A stretch of 64,000 nt of DNA from Lama guanicoe (Eukaryota). Location: contig MU056000.1 in NCBI GenBank assembly GCA_013239625.1, forward strand, positions 13,157,175 through 13,221,174, read 5' to 3'. The translations under genes were made by a program, and so were the position numbers. Every line of letters starts with the position of its first letter. Within the stretch, counting starts at the first letter, position 1. Positions 13,131-24,740 of this stretch are shown here, piece by piece. The notes beneath the pieces were generated by a model. The model did not search any database, was not told where the DNA came from, and was given only the letters and a program-made list of their open reading frames with translations.

Positions 13131-15129
13131 CAGCCTGGTTAGTCTTATACATCACAGTTATGAGCTTTTGTTTCTCTTTTATTGTAATTTATTGATTTCT
13201 TTTTAATTGTTTTCATTCAGCACATATACTGAATGGGATGGAGCACTAAGAATTAGAATAACCTCCCTACCTGCCGCATCATGGGATAATTTTCTCAAAT
13301 TAGCAGAGTATAATTTGCCAAAATGTATGGTGTTTTATCAGTTTTCTCACTAAATATAATTCCTATATCTGTATACATGAATTTTTTTTTGCATTCTTTT
13401 ACTCCACACATATTGATTGTAGAGTAAAAGAATGCTCCTTAATGTATTTGGTAAACATTTTAGGACAGGAAAGTGTAATTCTTCGAAATACTTCTGATTA
13501 TTGACCAATTTGAGGACCTCTTTAAAACAATAACAAATAATGGCATTTGTAAAGACTGGACTCCACTCTGACAGAGGAAAATGTTATCTTGCTCTGCACT
13601 ATGAACCAACGGCTTACACTTTTGACTGGCCCCAAATTGCCAATCAGCAAGTTTTTTTTGTTTGTTTGCTTGGTTTTAGTTGTGCTATGAAATTTGACTG
13701 TAGAAATCTATTTAGGATAAGAAAGTGTTATAAAAATTGAAATCAATATTAAAAATTAAAATTATCTTCTCTAATTTTTATAAAAAAGATCAGAATTATC
13801 AAAAGTGAATAAATTAATAAATTACTATATTATTATATACATTAATATGTAAGTATAAACTATATACAACTCTGTAGTGTATTGATATATTGGTGATGCC
13901 AAATTCCCTCACATTCTGTGCCAAATGGATCGTTTTCTTGGCTGTGGTTCTCGATTTCAGTAGTTAACGTTTGTTTAGTCTAAACCTGGTAGAGAACACA
14001 GTTTAATGTCAATAATCAATATTAAATTGTTACTCTACCCTCTTATCAGGAATGATGATGCAGGAATGGTTACTTTCTAATATTCTTCCTTTGCAAAAAA
14101 AGGAGAAAAGAATCCGTTGCTATTATAAACCAAAGTATTGTGATATTCCATTTTTTAGGACATTGGACTTTGAAAAACCATATGTAGAAAATACACTATT
14201 TTATATACTTAACCATAAACAATTGTTACCACTCCCTATAAGTCAGCCATAAATTTCATTACTGTTTCTGACTTTCTTCATAATTTGGATACTTATTTAT
14301 GAAAAAATTGAGTGTTACAATACTATCATTGCTAGGCATTGAAGATTTGATGTAACAAGAAACTGATTAAAATTTTAACATAAAAATATCTTCAAAGATA
14401 AATAATAGTTCTAAATCACTTAATGCATTCTTTTCGGTTATGCTAAGTTGATTATCTTTAAACAATAGATCTAATGCTATATGGTGAATTCAAATTCATT
14501 TGGAGGTGTATTTTATTTTAAACATTATGTTCTCAGAAACTTATGGGTTTATTACTAAATTAAGTGGGTTATAATTGAATCGAAGGTATCAACATCATCA
14601 AAAATAATTATTTATTCTTGTATAACTTAAAGATCTTCTCATCATGCAAATTAGGAGTGTCAATTATTATGTACATCCCTTGGATAACAGGCAATGTATG
14701 ATTATGTTTCCAGAATGATGCATCTGTTCTGATTTGATTTAACTACCCATCAGTGACTATAAATTGTTGGGTAATTTTGTTTGATTGGCAAAATAATTTT
14801 AGTGCAGTTTAAGCAATATTGTTGCATTTGTGCCTGGATTTCCAATGCATTTTTTTTCCTGCGGCATATCAAGTAAAAAAATACTGAGTCTATTTACCTC
14901 GTAAATTACTTAAGCACATCCTAGGAAAAAATATAACTATCAATTTTACTTCAGGTTAGAGAGTTCTGCAATGTAATATAATCAGCTTTTATCATTTTGA
15001 AAGTTGAATTTCTATATGACCATAATTATCTCCTTACATTTTCTTTTAGGGAAATTAAACCATCATTCTTCATCTCTGATGCGGGCAGCATCTTTTAAGC
15101 ATCAAATAAGACATGTAATTGTTGTCTGT

Positions 15130-15939
15130 GACAATTCTGTTATACTCTACACCCAAAGCCTGAACAAATTTGTTTGGCTCTGTCTTCAATTTAGTTACAA
15201 AAACCAACTCGTTTCTTGGAGCTTCTCTACCACGATAACTCTAGTCTAAGCCACCATAAACTCTTGTCTGGGCTGTAACAATGACTTCTAACTAGTCCCT
15301 CAGCTTCGTCCTTTGACACCTCTTAGTCTGTCCTCATCTGGGCTGTCAGAGAGATGCTCAAAGGCATCTACTGGCATCCCATGTAGTTCAAAATCAAAGT
15401 GCAGATCCTTAATCTGAATCATAGTATGCTTTTTGCCCAACTTCACCTTCTGAACTTATCTCCTGTCACTTTCCACAGTCCTCGCTTTTGCCAGATGGTC
15501 CCTGGATGTCACTCCTGCCCACTCAGTATACTCCTGTCTCAGGGCCTTTGCACTTGCTGTCCTCTTATCAAGTGCACCCTCTTCCCAGTTGTGATCGGCC
15601 AGCATGCTCACTTCATTCAGCAATCTGTTCAAATATGACTGCTCCACAGATGCTCTTCCTGAACATGCTATGTAAAAAAATACTCATGCTGTTTCTCTGT
15701 TCCAGCTGTTTCTCTGTTCCCCTTCACTTTGTGTACTTTAATTGGCTTTATAATTGTTTTATCATTCAACTCCACCTGGTTTGTAAGACTTGTATTCTAT
15801 AATTATCATCTCTTCCTCTCCGTTAGAATGACAGCTTCAGGAGAGGAGAGAATTGGCTTTCTTCCTAGCAGCATCCTCAGCACAGAACTCAGAGTCTGGT
15901 CCACAGTAGAGATATAATAATAAATCACTGAAGGACGAA
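15130..15939 (+). mobile_element. L2 (L2a-like) 3' portion
   Basis: Diagnostic ctagtctaagccacca, ctcagggcctttgcacttgctgt and ctcacttcattcag, plus an L2-type 3' tail. Confidence 0.85.
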
Positions 15940-18529
15940 GTTCTCCATATGTGTGAATTATTTAACCAAATGATTTCAAAAGTGGGGTTACATGTTGTTG
16001 AACAATATAAAGAGGAAAATTATATAGGTGACTAAGCATTATATAAAATATCATGAACTTTGATTCTGTTTTAACAGCAAAGCTACAGTAACACAGGTAT
16101 ACTTTTACCAATGGCACCAGAAGATCTTAAAGCAGGCCTAATTAACAAAATTAAATTGTGTCATACTATTATTGTTTTAATGTTAAGAATACTTCCTGGT
16201 AATTCTGGAGTGATTTTTATCCCAAAAGACCTGCAATTCCTGTGAGAAATACTGTGTCTTTTTTGTCTTTCTACACCACCATAGTGTACAATTAAAAAAA
16301 AAAAAAACAAACCTTTATATAATAGATTTCTAAGGACTACTTTGAAGAATAATACCAAAGCAATGCCATTTGTCTTATAACTTTCTATTTGAATTGCAAA
16401 TAGTGAAGAAATCAAAACCAGAAAAAAATACAAATATTCTCAGGGTGGAAACAATTTCTTTGAAGAAGTAGAGGTGTGATGTCATAGCCTTTCATGTAAT
16501 TAATATCACAGGCACCGTTATGTTACTAAGAAAATACTATAAAAGGAAAGATGAGTCTTCAGAGTTTTTCTTATTATTTTCCTCTAGGGAGAAGTCACTT
16601 TGGTATGATTTTTTTTGATAAAACTGAAATCAATTTTAAATCAAAGCACATCATCTCTTTAATATAGTCTTTCTGCATTGAATAGAATCCCAGTTAATGA
16701 GTAAGTAGAAAAGAAAAAGAGCAAGAATTAAACAATTTTGTATCCCCAATAGATCTTCAAGAGAGAAGATTTAACACTTTGCTGAATGTTAAATGTACTT
16801 AAATGAAAATGAAGCCGTGAGCTAAGTCGCTTCCCCTTCTTTCCCTGTGACAGTGCATTTTCTGTCATTCTATCATTGCCCCACACTGTCTGCCCATATC
16901 TCTAAGACTATTTCTAAGGCACATATAAAATTAAGAAAAATAATACGTAAGTAATACACAGATATAGACAGACACAGATAATACGTGAAATAAATGAACT
17001 AAATCCCAATTTTGGTTTTGTCTGTTCATCTCCTTCAGCTCCAGAGAAGGCGTAAACAGTCCACATTCCCTTCCTCCCATCCATGTCGCTCTTGTGCTGT
17101 CCCTCTCGTTTCCTTGTCTCTTTGAATCCTCAGTTGTAGGCATCACAGGCAGTAGGTGATACTTAGACAATTCTTACCTCCGGAATGGCCCAGCCTTTTG
17201 CCTCCCTTTCCAGGTAGCTCTAAAATATGTTGATCACACATATGTCCATCTTGGAGGGTGCAAAAAGCATTCTGTATTGCCCAATATTCCTCACTCATTG
17301 TTTGAAGACTGGTGCGTGCATTCTGGAAGGCTACGGGGATATCTGCTCCTTCAGTCATCACTCCATGCTACCCCTCCTGAAGCCTCAGGCTCCAGCTCAT
17401 AGAAATAATTTTGCAGATAAAGGGGGAAAAATTCTGGAATCTCTATAAGCTTGGTGCAGAGGGAGAGGAAAAAAATTAATAACTAAACGATGTAGTTTAG
17501 TTTTTTATTGTCTCTGAATTTTCTAATCCCGCATAAGCAAAGCTTTCTATTTTCTAGAGAAGTTTTGCCTTTCAGAGCTTTATTTGCAAATGGTTTGTTT
17601 GCCCTCAGTTCTTTCTTGAGCATCATCACACCACACCCCTTCCACCAATAGCACTACTTCCACATTACATCCATCCAGTTACCAGATTACTATATGAAGC
17701 CTTATTTGCATCTGCATCCCATCAGGAATCACAAACTTTCCACAGTGTTAACCATCAAAGAACTGCGACAGTTTAATCTGTACAATTATTTTGTGCACAT
17801 GAATATTGATTATTCTATTGAAAATGATTTTCTAAAAATAACTGCAGAAGGGCTTTTCAGGCAAAGGGAAATAAACCAGGGAAAACTGTCAGAGTAAAAT
17901 ATGGAGATGTGTAAAAGAATTAGGAAGAGGATCAGAGGAGTGAGATTGAAGTCTGTGGTTAAATACAAACACACACAGCAAAAATGCTTGCACAGGGGAG
18001 TTTACAGCTTTAGAACTGACAAAAGATCTTAAGAAATACAATATTGCTCATTAGTAGAGAGGCTGAGAAGAGTAATGTGTGAGGTTGGAAGAGTAGGTCA
18101 TAAAAGAACACATCTGACACCAAGGCACAATGAAATGCAATTAAAATGTTCTCAAGACAATTCGTAAAAGGATGAAATGTATTGCACCAAGTTTTATGGC
18201 CTAATAAAACTAAAATGCACCTTCACTCTGCTGGAAAGGTTTATGAAGAGAAGGAGAGAAGAGGTAATATGACAGGTGGTTTCTGCGGCTTCTGGGGTGC
18301 TATCTAAAGGGATAGATGAACTCTCATTCGTTTCTAATAAAATAGAAACATACTGAAGTAGAAATACTAGGCTTGGGTTTTTTCATTGTTAAAATGGAAA
18401 CAAATATATCTACATCAAAGTGAAATCTTTAAAAAATCAAATTTAAAAATTACAATTCTGTGTAGCTAATTGCCCTGACATTTCCATCTACAATTACCTT
18501 ATTTCTTCTTCTTTTTTTTTGCAAAATAA

Positions 18530-18535
18530 ATAGAT

Positions 18536-18581
<46 letters not shown>

Positions 18582-18606
18582 CAGATTGATAGATAGATAG
18601 ATGGAT
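18530..18606. repeat. (GATA)n tetranucleotide microsatellite, interrupted
   Basis: Direct reading: a run of GATA units with GACA, GATT and GATG interruptions. Confidence 0.97.
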
Positions 18607-19007
18607 AAATTAGCTACTTAGATAGACAATTCATTCTATGTGTGCCCAAAAGTGTTTTTCTAGTAAAATTGTATAGAGAATGAAGAATAACATTAACACG
18701 TGCATTTGTATCTCTGCATGCAAACAGAGTATTACCATTATACCAGGTACTGTTTGATAACATTGACTCACTGTTTAATTGCATTTGCTCGTAAGGAAAA
18801 AAAAAGGGGGCAACCCAATGTTCCCTATTAACATAATGTAAGAGAACGGGGGTGTTGTAATAGACATCTCATTTCCTGCTCATTCACTAGGAGTATAAAG
18901 TCATGGATTCTATGGACTTCAATATCTTTATTCATAAAATTGGGTTCTTACCTGCCCTGCTCGTCTGCTTTAGGGTTTCAGTGATCACAACTCGATGCTA
19001 CTTCAAA

Positions 19008-19313
19008 TGTGATGACTGATGTCCTTATAAAAAGAAGACAGAGCCAGACAGGGAGAGAACAGCGTGTGAGGACAGAAGGTCGGGGTGCAAGGGTTGCAGG
19101 CCCCAGGACTCGATGGCTGGATTGCTGGCAGCCACCAGGAGCTAGGAAAAGGCAAGAAAGGATTTCTTGCTACCAATTTCAGAGAGAGCATGGCCCTCCT
19201 GACACCTTGATTTTGAACTTCTCGTTTCTGGACCTGTGAGACAATAAACTTTTATTGTTTTAAGCCACTTAGTTTGTACCACTTTGTATTGGCAGTCCCA
19301 GGAAACAAATATA
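19008..19313 (+). mobile_element. MaLR LTR (MLT1B/C-like), 5' truncated
   Basis: gtccttataaaaaga, gagcatggccctcctgacaccttgattttg, ctgtgagacaataaac...ttaagccac, ending ggaaacaaatata. Confidence 0.85.
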
Positions 19314-19323
19314 AAATTGTTTG

Positions 19324-19620
19324 AGACAGATTCACTGACATATAAAACAAACTCATGGTTACCAGGGGAAAGGGGATGGGAAGGGATAAACTGGGAGTTC
19401 GAGATTTGCAGATACTAATGACCATATATAAAATAGATAAACAACAAGTTTATACTATGTAGCACAGGGAATTATATTCAATACCTTGTAGTAACCTACA
19501 ATGAAAAAGAATATGAAAAGGAATATATGTTTGTATATATATAACTGAAACGTTATGCTGTACATCAGAAATCAACGCAACACTGTAAGCTGACCATACT
19601 TCAACTAAAATAATCAAAAT
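19324..19620 (+). mobile_element. Camelid-type L1 3' end (5' truncated)
   Basis: ggttaccaggggaaagg...tagcacagggaa...gaatatatgt...tatgctgtacatcagaaat. Near-identical in structure to the copy at 32378-33050. Only a degenerate TSD. Confidence 0.9.
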
Positions 19621-21419
19621 TAAAGTGTTTAAGAGACATATATACAAGATCTGCTATTCACTATTGGTTAGAAAAATCAAACAATTTCATAAACCAGCAA
19701 CTTGATAATTGATGGTGTTACAGCTCAGCAGGGACTGGTTTATTTGAGCTATTATTCCATTCCTGTAGAAACTGTCCTGATTCTCAGTTAATTAAAAAAA
19801 TTATTAACCAACTTTGTAACAAATAAGTGCAAAGAAAAAAAATGTTTAAGTTGTGTTTTTCTTTTATAAAAGAAACAGTAGTAAAATCAAGTTTGGGGAT
19901 GATACAGAAACGTTTGTAATTTAGGAAAAGGCAAACATTATTTATGTGTTTTGTTTCTCTTTCAGTGTGGTGATGTCAATTTTTCTGAGTCTTTCCATGT
20001 TAATGATTCTGAATAGTAACATGACCCAAATACTGCTAAGGTTTCCCTTAAACAAATGCTTGCCCCATTTTAATAATTGATTGTAGAAAATAAACAGATA
20101 GGAGTATTAAAAAATACTAAAACAAGTTTGTTAAGATAATTTTAGTTGCTATAACTGATCAATCTTCAAGTCTCTATGGCTTAATGCAATAGTTAGTACA
20201 AAATCTCATGGCCGTGGACTTGACGGTCAAAATGACACTGTCTCACTTGTTTATTTGGAAACCCAGCTTGACAGAGCACGTCTCCCAAAGTCATCCAGGA
20301 ACATCAAGTCATCAGACGACCTGTGTTGATGACAATCTGTGCCAAGTCTCCTTTGTTTTAATACCATGTCTGTCATCTGCCGTCACAGGGATATGCAGAC
20401 TTAACTGGTACAAGTTGAACAGAGGACCTGAAAAAAATAAGTATTAAAATGGAATTCGTCATCATGTTTTGGACTCAAAATTCTTCAAGCAAGCGTTATT
20501 CCTTCAAAACCTGGTGACCTACAAAATAAAAAGATGAAAGACTCGCACACACAATTATTATCACATGTGGATCAGAGCTAGGATATGTGCAATTAAAACT
20601 CTCCTCAAACGGGAAATCTAACTGGGCACCTGTGTGAGTCCAAGATGGAAGGTTTTCGATGAGACCCTTATTTTGCCCCTCAGAGGCCCCCCTGCATCCT
20701 TTATCCCACCTAAGTGATGGGGAAAGTGAGTGGCTTGGAGATGCTCTCTCCCTGGTGTGCTTGCTACAGGTCTAGGGTTTTCAGCCTGCTCCCTGCAGGT
20801 GCACTTTTGGGGCCCCACATGCTGTCTCCTTGCTTGAATTGAGTAAGGCTATTTGCATCCTGGCTCGGAGATTCCATCGGTAATATTACTTCCTAAAAGT
20901 GTTAGTGAGCTTCCAATGTCTGCTTCCCCCACAGTCTCCTATGCAAATGTCTGTATCCGAAGTCCTTTCCTAGACCCTGGTTCCGAAGTCACTCTCAGTC
21001 CCTCCCTTCCTTTGTTTCTCACAAAAGAATGACAGCTGCTTTGAGGCCCTTTATTTCTCTTTGACTCCTGGCTGCAGAAACATTTTGTTCAACTAAGTAG
21101 TCTCCCCAGCCTTTGCTGCCCCAGACCCTGTCAGTCTCATTGCTTGTCATCAGGGGCTAGTAGCAACCATTCTTTACTGTGAGGATTGACACGTCTATTC
21201 TATTTGATCACTGTTTAAGGAAACAGCAGATTCCTATCTGTGCCCACCTCTTATTCATAGCACTTCGCCAAAGACAAACAACACATTTTTTCCAATCACT
21301 CCACTTAGAGATACAGGCTTCAGTGTACTTAGTTTGTGTTCTAACCTTCATAAGAGATGCTTTGATTTTCAGCCTGGCCATTAAGAAATTACTACACATA
21401 TGTATTTTTATAAAAGCAG

Positions 21420-21899
21420 TGTAACCGAGCAGGATCCTGTGAGGTCTTCCAGGGTCAGACCCCTTCCCCGCATCCTCTGCTGCAGCTCCTCTCTGAAGTA
21501 CCCAGATCATAGTATCTCATGCATATTTCCTGAGTTTTTCAGATGCGAAAAACCACCACCAAAGGAAAGAAATTAACTACTTGATGATCAGGAGCCCGTG
21601 GCTGTCAGACCTTCTGGCGCCTAGGGGTTGACAGTGTTGACAGCCCTGTTCTCTCAACATCAACCAATCAGAGGATGGTGCACCAGCTGATCATGTACCC
21701 TGGGACATCCCACCCCCTCTTAGCTGGACTTTAACTATGTTTTGCTGAAACCTTCGGGGAGTTCGGGGTTTTCTTTGGCATTAGTCACCCCGTCCTCCTT
21801 GCTCAGTCCTGCAATAAACCTTTCTTTGCTCCAGACGCCCATGTTTCAGTTTGCTTGGCCGCCTGGTACAGCGGGTACATGAACTTGCCTTCAGTAACA
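21420..21899 (+). mobile_element. Solo ERV1-class LTR (480 bp)
   Basis: TG...CA termini, perfect 4-bp TSD GCAG (21416-21419 and 21900-21903), CCAAT at 21664, AATAAA at 21813. Confidence 0.92.
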
Positions 21900-22720
21900 G
21901 CAGAAAACCATTTCCACTTTCAATGCAACAACACCTGTGTTAGTTAGGATAGCATTCATAACTGCTGAAACAAAAATCCCTTTAATCTCATTTTCTTTTC
22001 TTCCCCCTAATCAATATGGCAATGTTCACAAAAAGGAAGGCAAGAGTTTCTTGACTGGAACTTTATAAACCTCCCCCCATTCTTACATTATTTATCCTAT
22101 CTACTAAAGGTTTTGTTTTGTGATTGTATTAGTGAACACACCTGTATTCATTATTTCTTATACATGAAAATTAAGTAATTTCATATTTACCCTAGGTGTC
22201 TAGATTATCACTTTGTGTGTATCAGGTTCTTGTATTATTAAGAGTATGATTTAATATTTATGTTCATTTTTGAACTATTCCTCCTTGTGTATACTAATTA
22301 ACCATGTAAATACCCTATTTCACATAATGAAAATGCATGTAAAATTGTGATTCTGCACATGCAAACACAACTATAAAAATGTTAACTGCAACTGTTGTAG
22401 AAATCCTTGGTCCTCTGGTGACTACTGCAGACATTCTGTGCTTTAAAATATTGAGAATATATGTTTTCATAAGGCATTGCTCGCACTGACAGTTTTATAA
22501 CAGTTGACATTCTGTAGGTTTCCCGGGAAGTGATTCACGTCCAACTCAGTGTGACACCAGAGGAGTTTCTCCTGCTGATGAATGTGTGTGCATTGGACCC
22601 ATTTCTTAGAAAGGTTGACAATGCAAAAGCCATTGAAACCACAACACTGTATTTTTTGCTGTCGTAGTTTTTCATGATCAACTTTCACTTGTGTTTGTTC
22701 TGTGAAATCAAATGGGGAAG

Positions 22721-22772
22721 GTGTGTGGGTGTCTGTGTCTGTGTGTGCATGTGTGTGAACGTGTGTGTGTGT
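22721..22772. repeat. Imperfect (TG)n tract
   Basis: gtgtgtgggtgtctgtgtctgtgtgtgcatgtgtgtgaacgtgtgtgtgtgt read directly. Confidence 0.85.
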
Positions 22773-23119
22773 AGTCAGAGGGCAGATTTTTACTAACAGC
22801 TGAGGACACAGATTCACTTTTAAGTTATCTTCCACTTTCTTATGATAGTAATTTATGGCTCTAAATATTTCCAGAAATTTCAGCAATTTTACTTTGTCAT
22901 TTTTATAAAGTTAAATTCTTTTGATAAAGCCTCCATACAGAGTTCATTTTGGAGTTACAGGTCTTGTATATAACCTGGTAAAATACATAGTCCCAGAAGT
23001 ATTTAGTCAATTCAGTTCTCACACAGGATTCCACATATTTCAAAATGGAAAGAACTTCAAGATGCAAGCATAAAAATCAGAAGTGGGGTACGTCTGAAAA
23101 GGTTTTAAAAACCTCAAAG

Positions 23120-23430
23120 ACATACTTGGAGTGATCTGTGGTCGCAAAGATGGAGCAAGCTCACCCATCTTATTCTTTCCTCTGATGGCAGCTAGAACTC
23201 CTGGGTTCTGTATGGTAGGCAACAGCAAGCATTGTGGACAGGAAGTCAACACTGAAGAAAGACCGGTTTGCTGGTGAGTTTCCTAGTATTTTTTCCCCCT
23301 TTCATTTTTATTTTTTCGTCCAAGGATGGCCCAACTGTAAACCACATCAGAACAACAAAAACTACCATTTAAGCTAAAAGCTGGAGAGTTTAGGGTAATG
23401 CATTTTTTTTTCTCCCTGCTGTGGTCCAGA
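23120..23430 (+). mobile_element. Old L1M 5' UTR fragment
   Basis: aagatgg start and ggtgagtttcctag...ttttt motif resemble L1MC/L1ME 5' ends. Confidence 0.45.
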
Positions 23431-23752
23431 GACAGCATCATTCTTTAAACCGCCAATCACTACACTAAAAATGCTGTGTTTAATCATCAGAGAGGATATT
23501 GCATTTGTCATGTGAGATATCAATTCAATGTTGTTTATTTTCCTTCTGAACAAATAAATTCGTGTCCCGCATCATTGAGGGTTGGACTAGCAGGAAATCC
23601 ATCATATACACATTCGTATATCAAACTTGTCTCGAAAAACCCAATTACCTGGTAAAACTGGCTGGGTGGCATCTCCTCGTTTTGTTTTGTTATCTTCCGA
23701 TTTGTGGTGAAAAAGAACTGGAATCTGACGGACTAAGCCCGACCACTCGCTG

Positions 23753-23771
23753 TGGCCAGCAGAGGGCAGCA
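23753..23771 (+). promoter_or_regulatory. CTCF core motif
   Basis: TGGCCAGCAGAGGGCAGCA fits the CTCF core CCASYAGRKGGCRS, in locally CpG-richer non-repeat sequence. Confidence 0.65.
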
Positions 23772-23843
23772 GAAGGCTTCCATAGGCGGGCCTGAGCCAA
23801 AAGGCTTCTAAGAGGAAAGCAGTCTTGTGGGAAGGTCAGAGAT

Positions 23844-23845
<2 letters not shown>

Positions 23846-23874
<29 letters not shown>
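23846..23874 (+). repeat. Poly(A)29 homopolymer
   Basis: Direct count of 29 A. Confidence 0.97.
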
Positions 23875-23876
<2 letters not shown>

Positions 23877-23999
23877 GACCAGGGACACTGCCATTAGAGG
23901 GGGTAGAAGTCATCTGACATATGCAAGCACAAGCTAATTGTCACAGAGGGGGTGGTTCAATCCCATAAAGGACTTGATGGATTTATTCATTCCTTCTAC

Positions 24000-24125
24000 C
24001 GGCAAGTAATGTGTGTGGTGCCTTCCGTTTCGGCTTCAGTTTCTTCGTTTACTAAGTGGTTATAATGCTAATAACAACCTCATAAAATATATGAGGATTG
24101 CATAGGGCTATTTGTCAAATATCAC
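24000..24125 (+). mobile_element. MIR fragment
   Basis: gcttcagtttcttcgtttactaagtgg...ataacaacctcata...tgaggatt matches the MIR core. Confidence 0.6.
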
Positions 24126-24329
24126 TGCAGGGTCTTTTTTTTTTTAACTTTAATATCTCTTAAGATAGAAGATATGACTCTTTAATAGAAGCGTTTTAGG
24201 AAAACAGTTGCTACCATCATAATAAAACCAACTACCTCTGTAAATCTGCACATGGGTTGTAAACAGCATTCTAAGTGCAAATATATTAAATGTAAAATAT
24301 TCTTTTTTGTAGCATTACAGAAATAAAGG

Positions 24330-24740
24330 GAGAAGAGTCACTGCTGGAGCATGTAAAATCAGTGCACATACAGCTAAGACTGTGGACTGAGCACCTTCCG
24401 GAACATTTAACCCGAGACCTGGAAGACGGTTTCTCTGAAGCTAAGAGTTGAAGGGCCTGGGTTGGAACCAGCCCTGCTAGGTGATGGGGAATTCTCAGGC
24501 AAAGGAAGACTGCCTGTGCGAAGATTTGAATATAGACAAAAATGCAGACATTCAAAAAACAAAAAGCAATCCGTTGTGTCTGAGCAGAGAGGGTGATGGG
24601 GAGAGATTTATGGAATGAGACCAGGGAATTAGATCCAGAAAGACACATGTGGGGCCCGTAGGTCTTATTAAATATTTTGGAGCTTCTTGTAATGTCATTT
24701 GGAAACTTTTAGAGTGAATTCAGCGGAGAGAAATGAAACA
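24330..24740 (-). mobile_element. L2 fragment
   Basis: Antisense L2 motifs: aggcaaaggaagactgcctgtgcgaag, gtgtctgagcagagaggg, tttggagc...tggaaac. Confidence 0.7.

Noticed and set aside
22467..22886. Longest ORF (139 aa) with a His/Thr repeat
   Set aside because: The THTH segment is the translation of a (TG)n tract, and the start is not a true ATG.
23271..23280. Plus-strand splice donor CTG|GTGAGT
   Set aside because: Part of an L1M 5' UTR-like fragment, with no matching acceptor or exon evidence.
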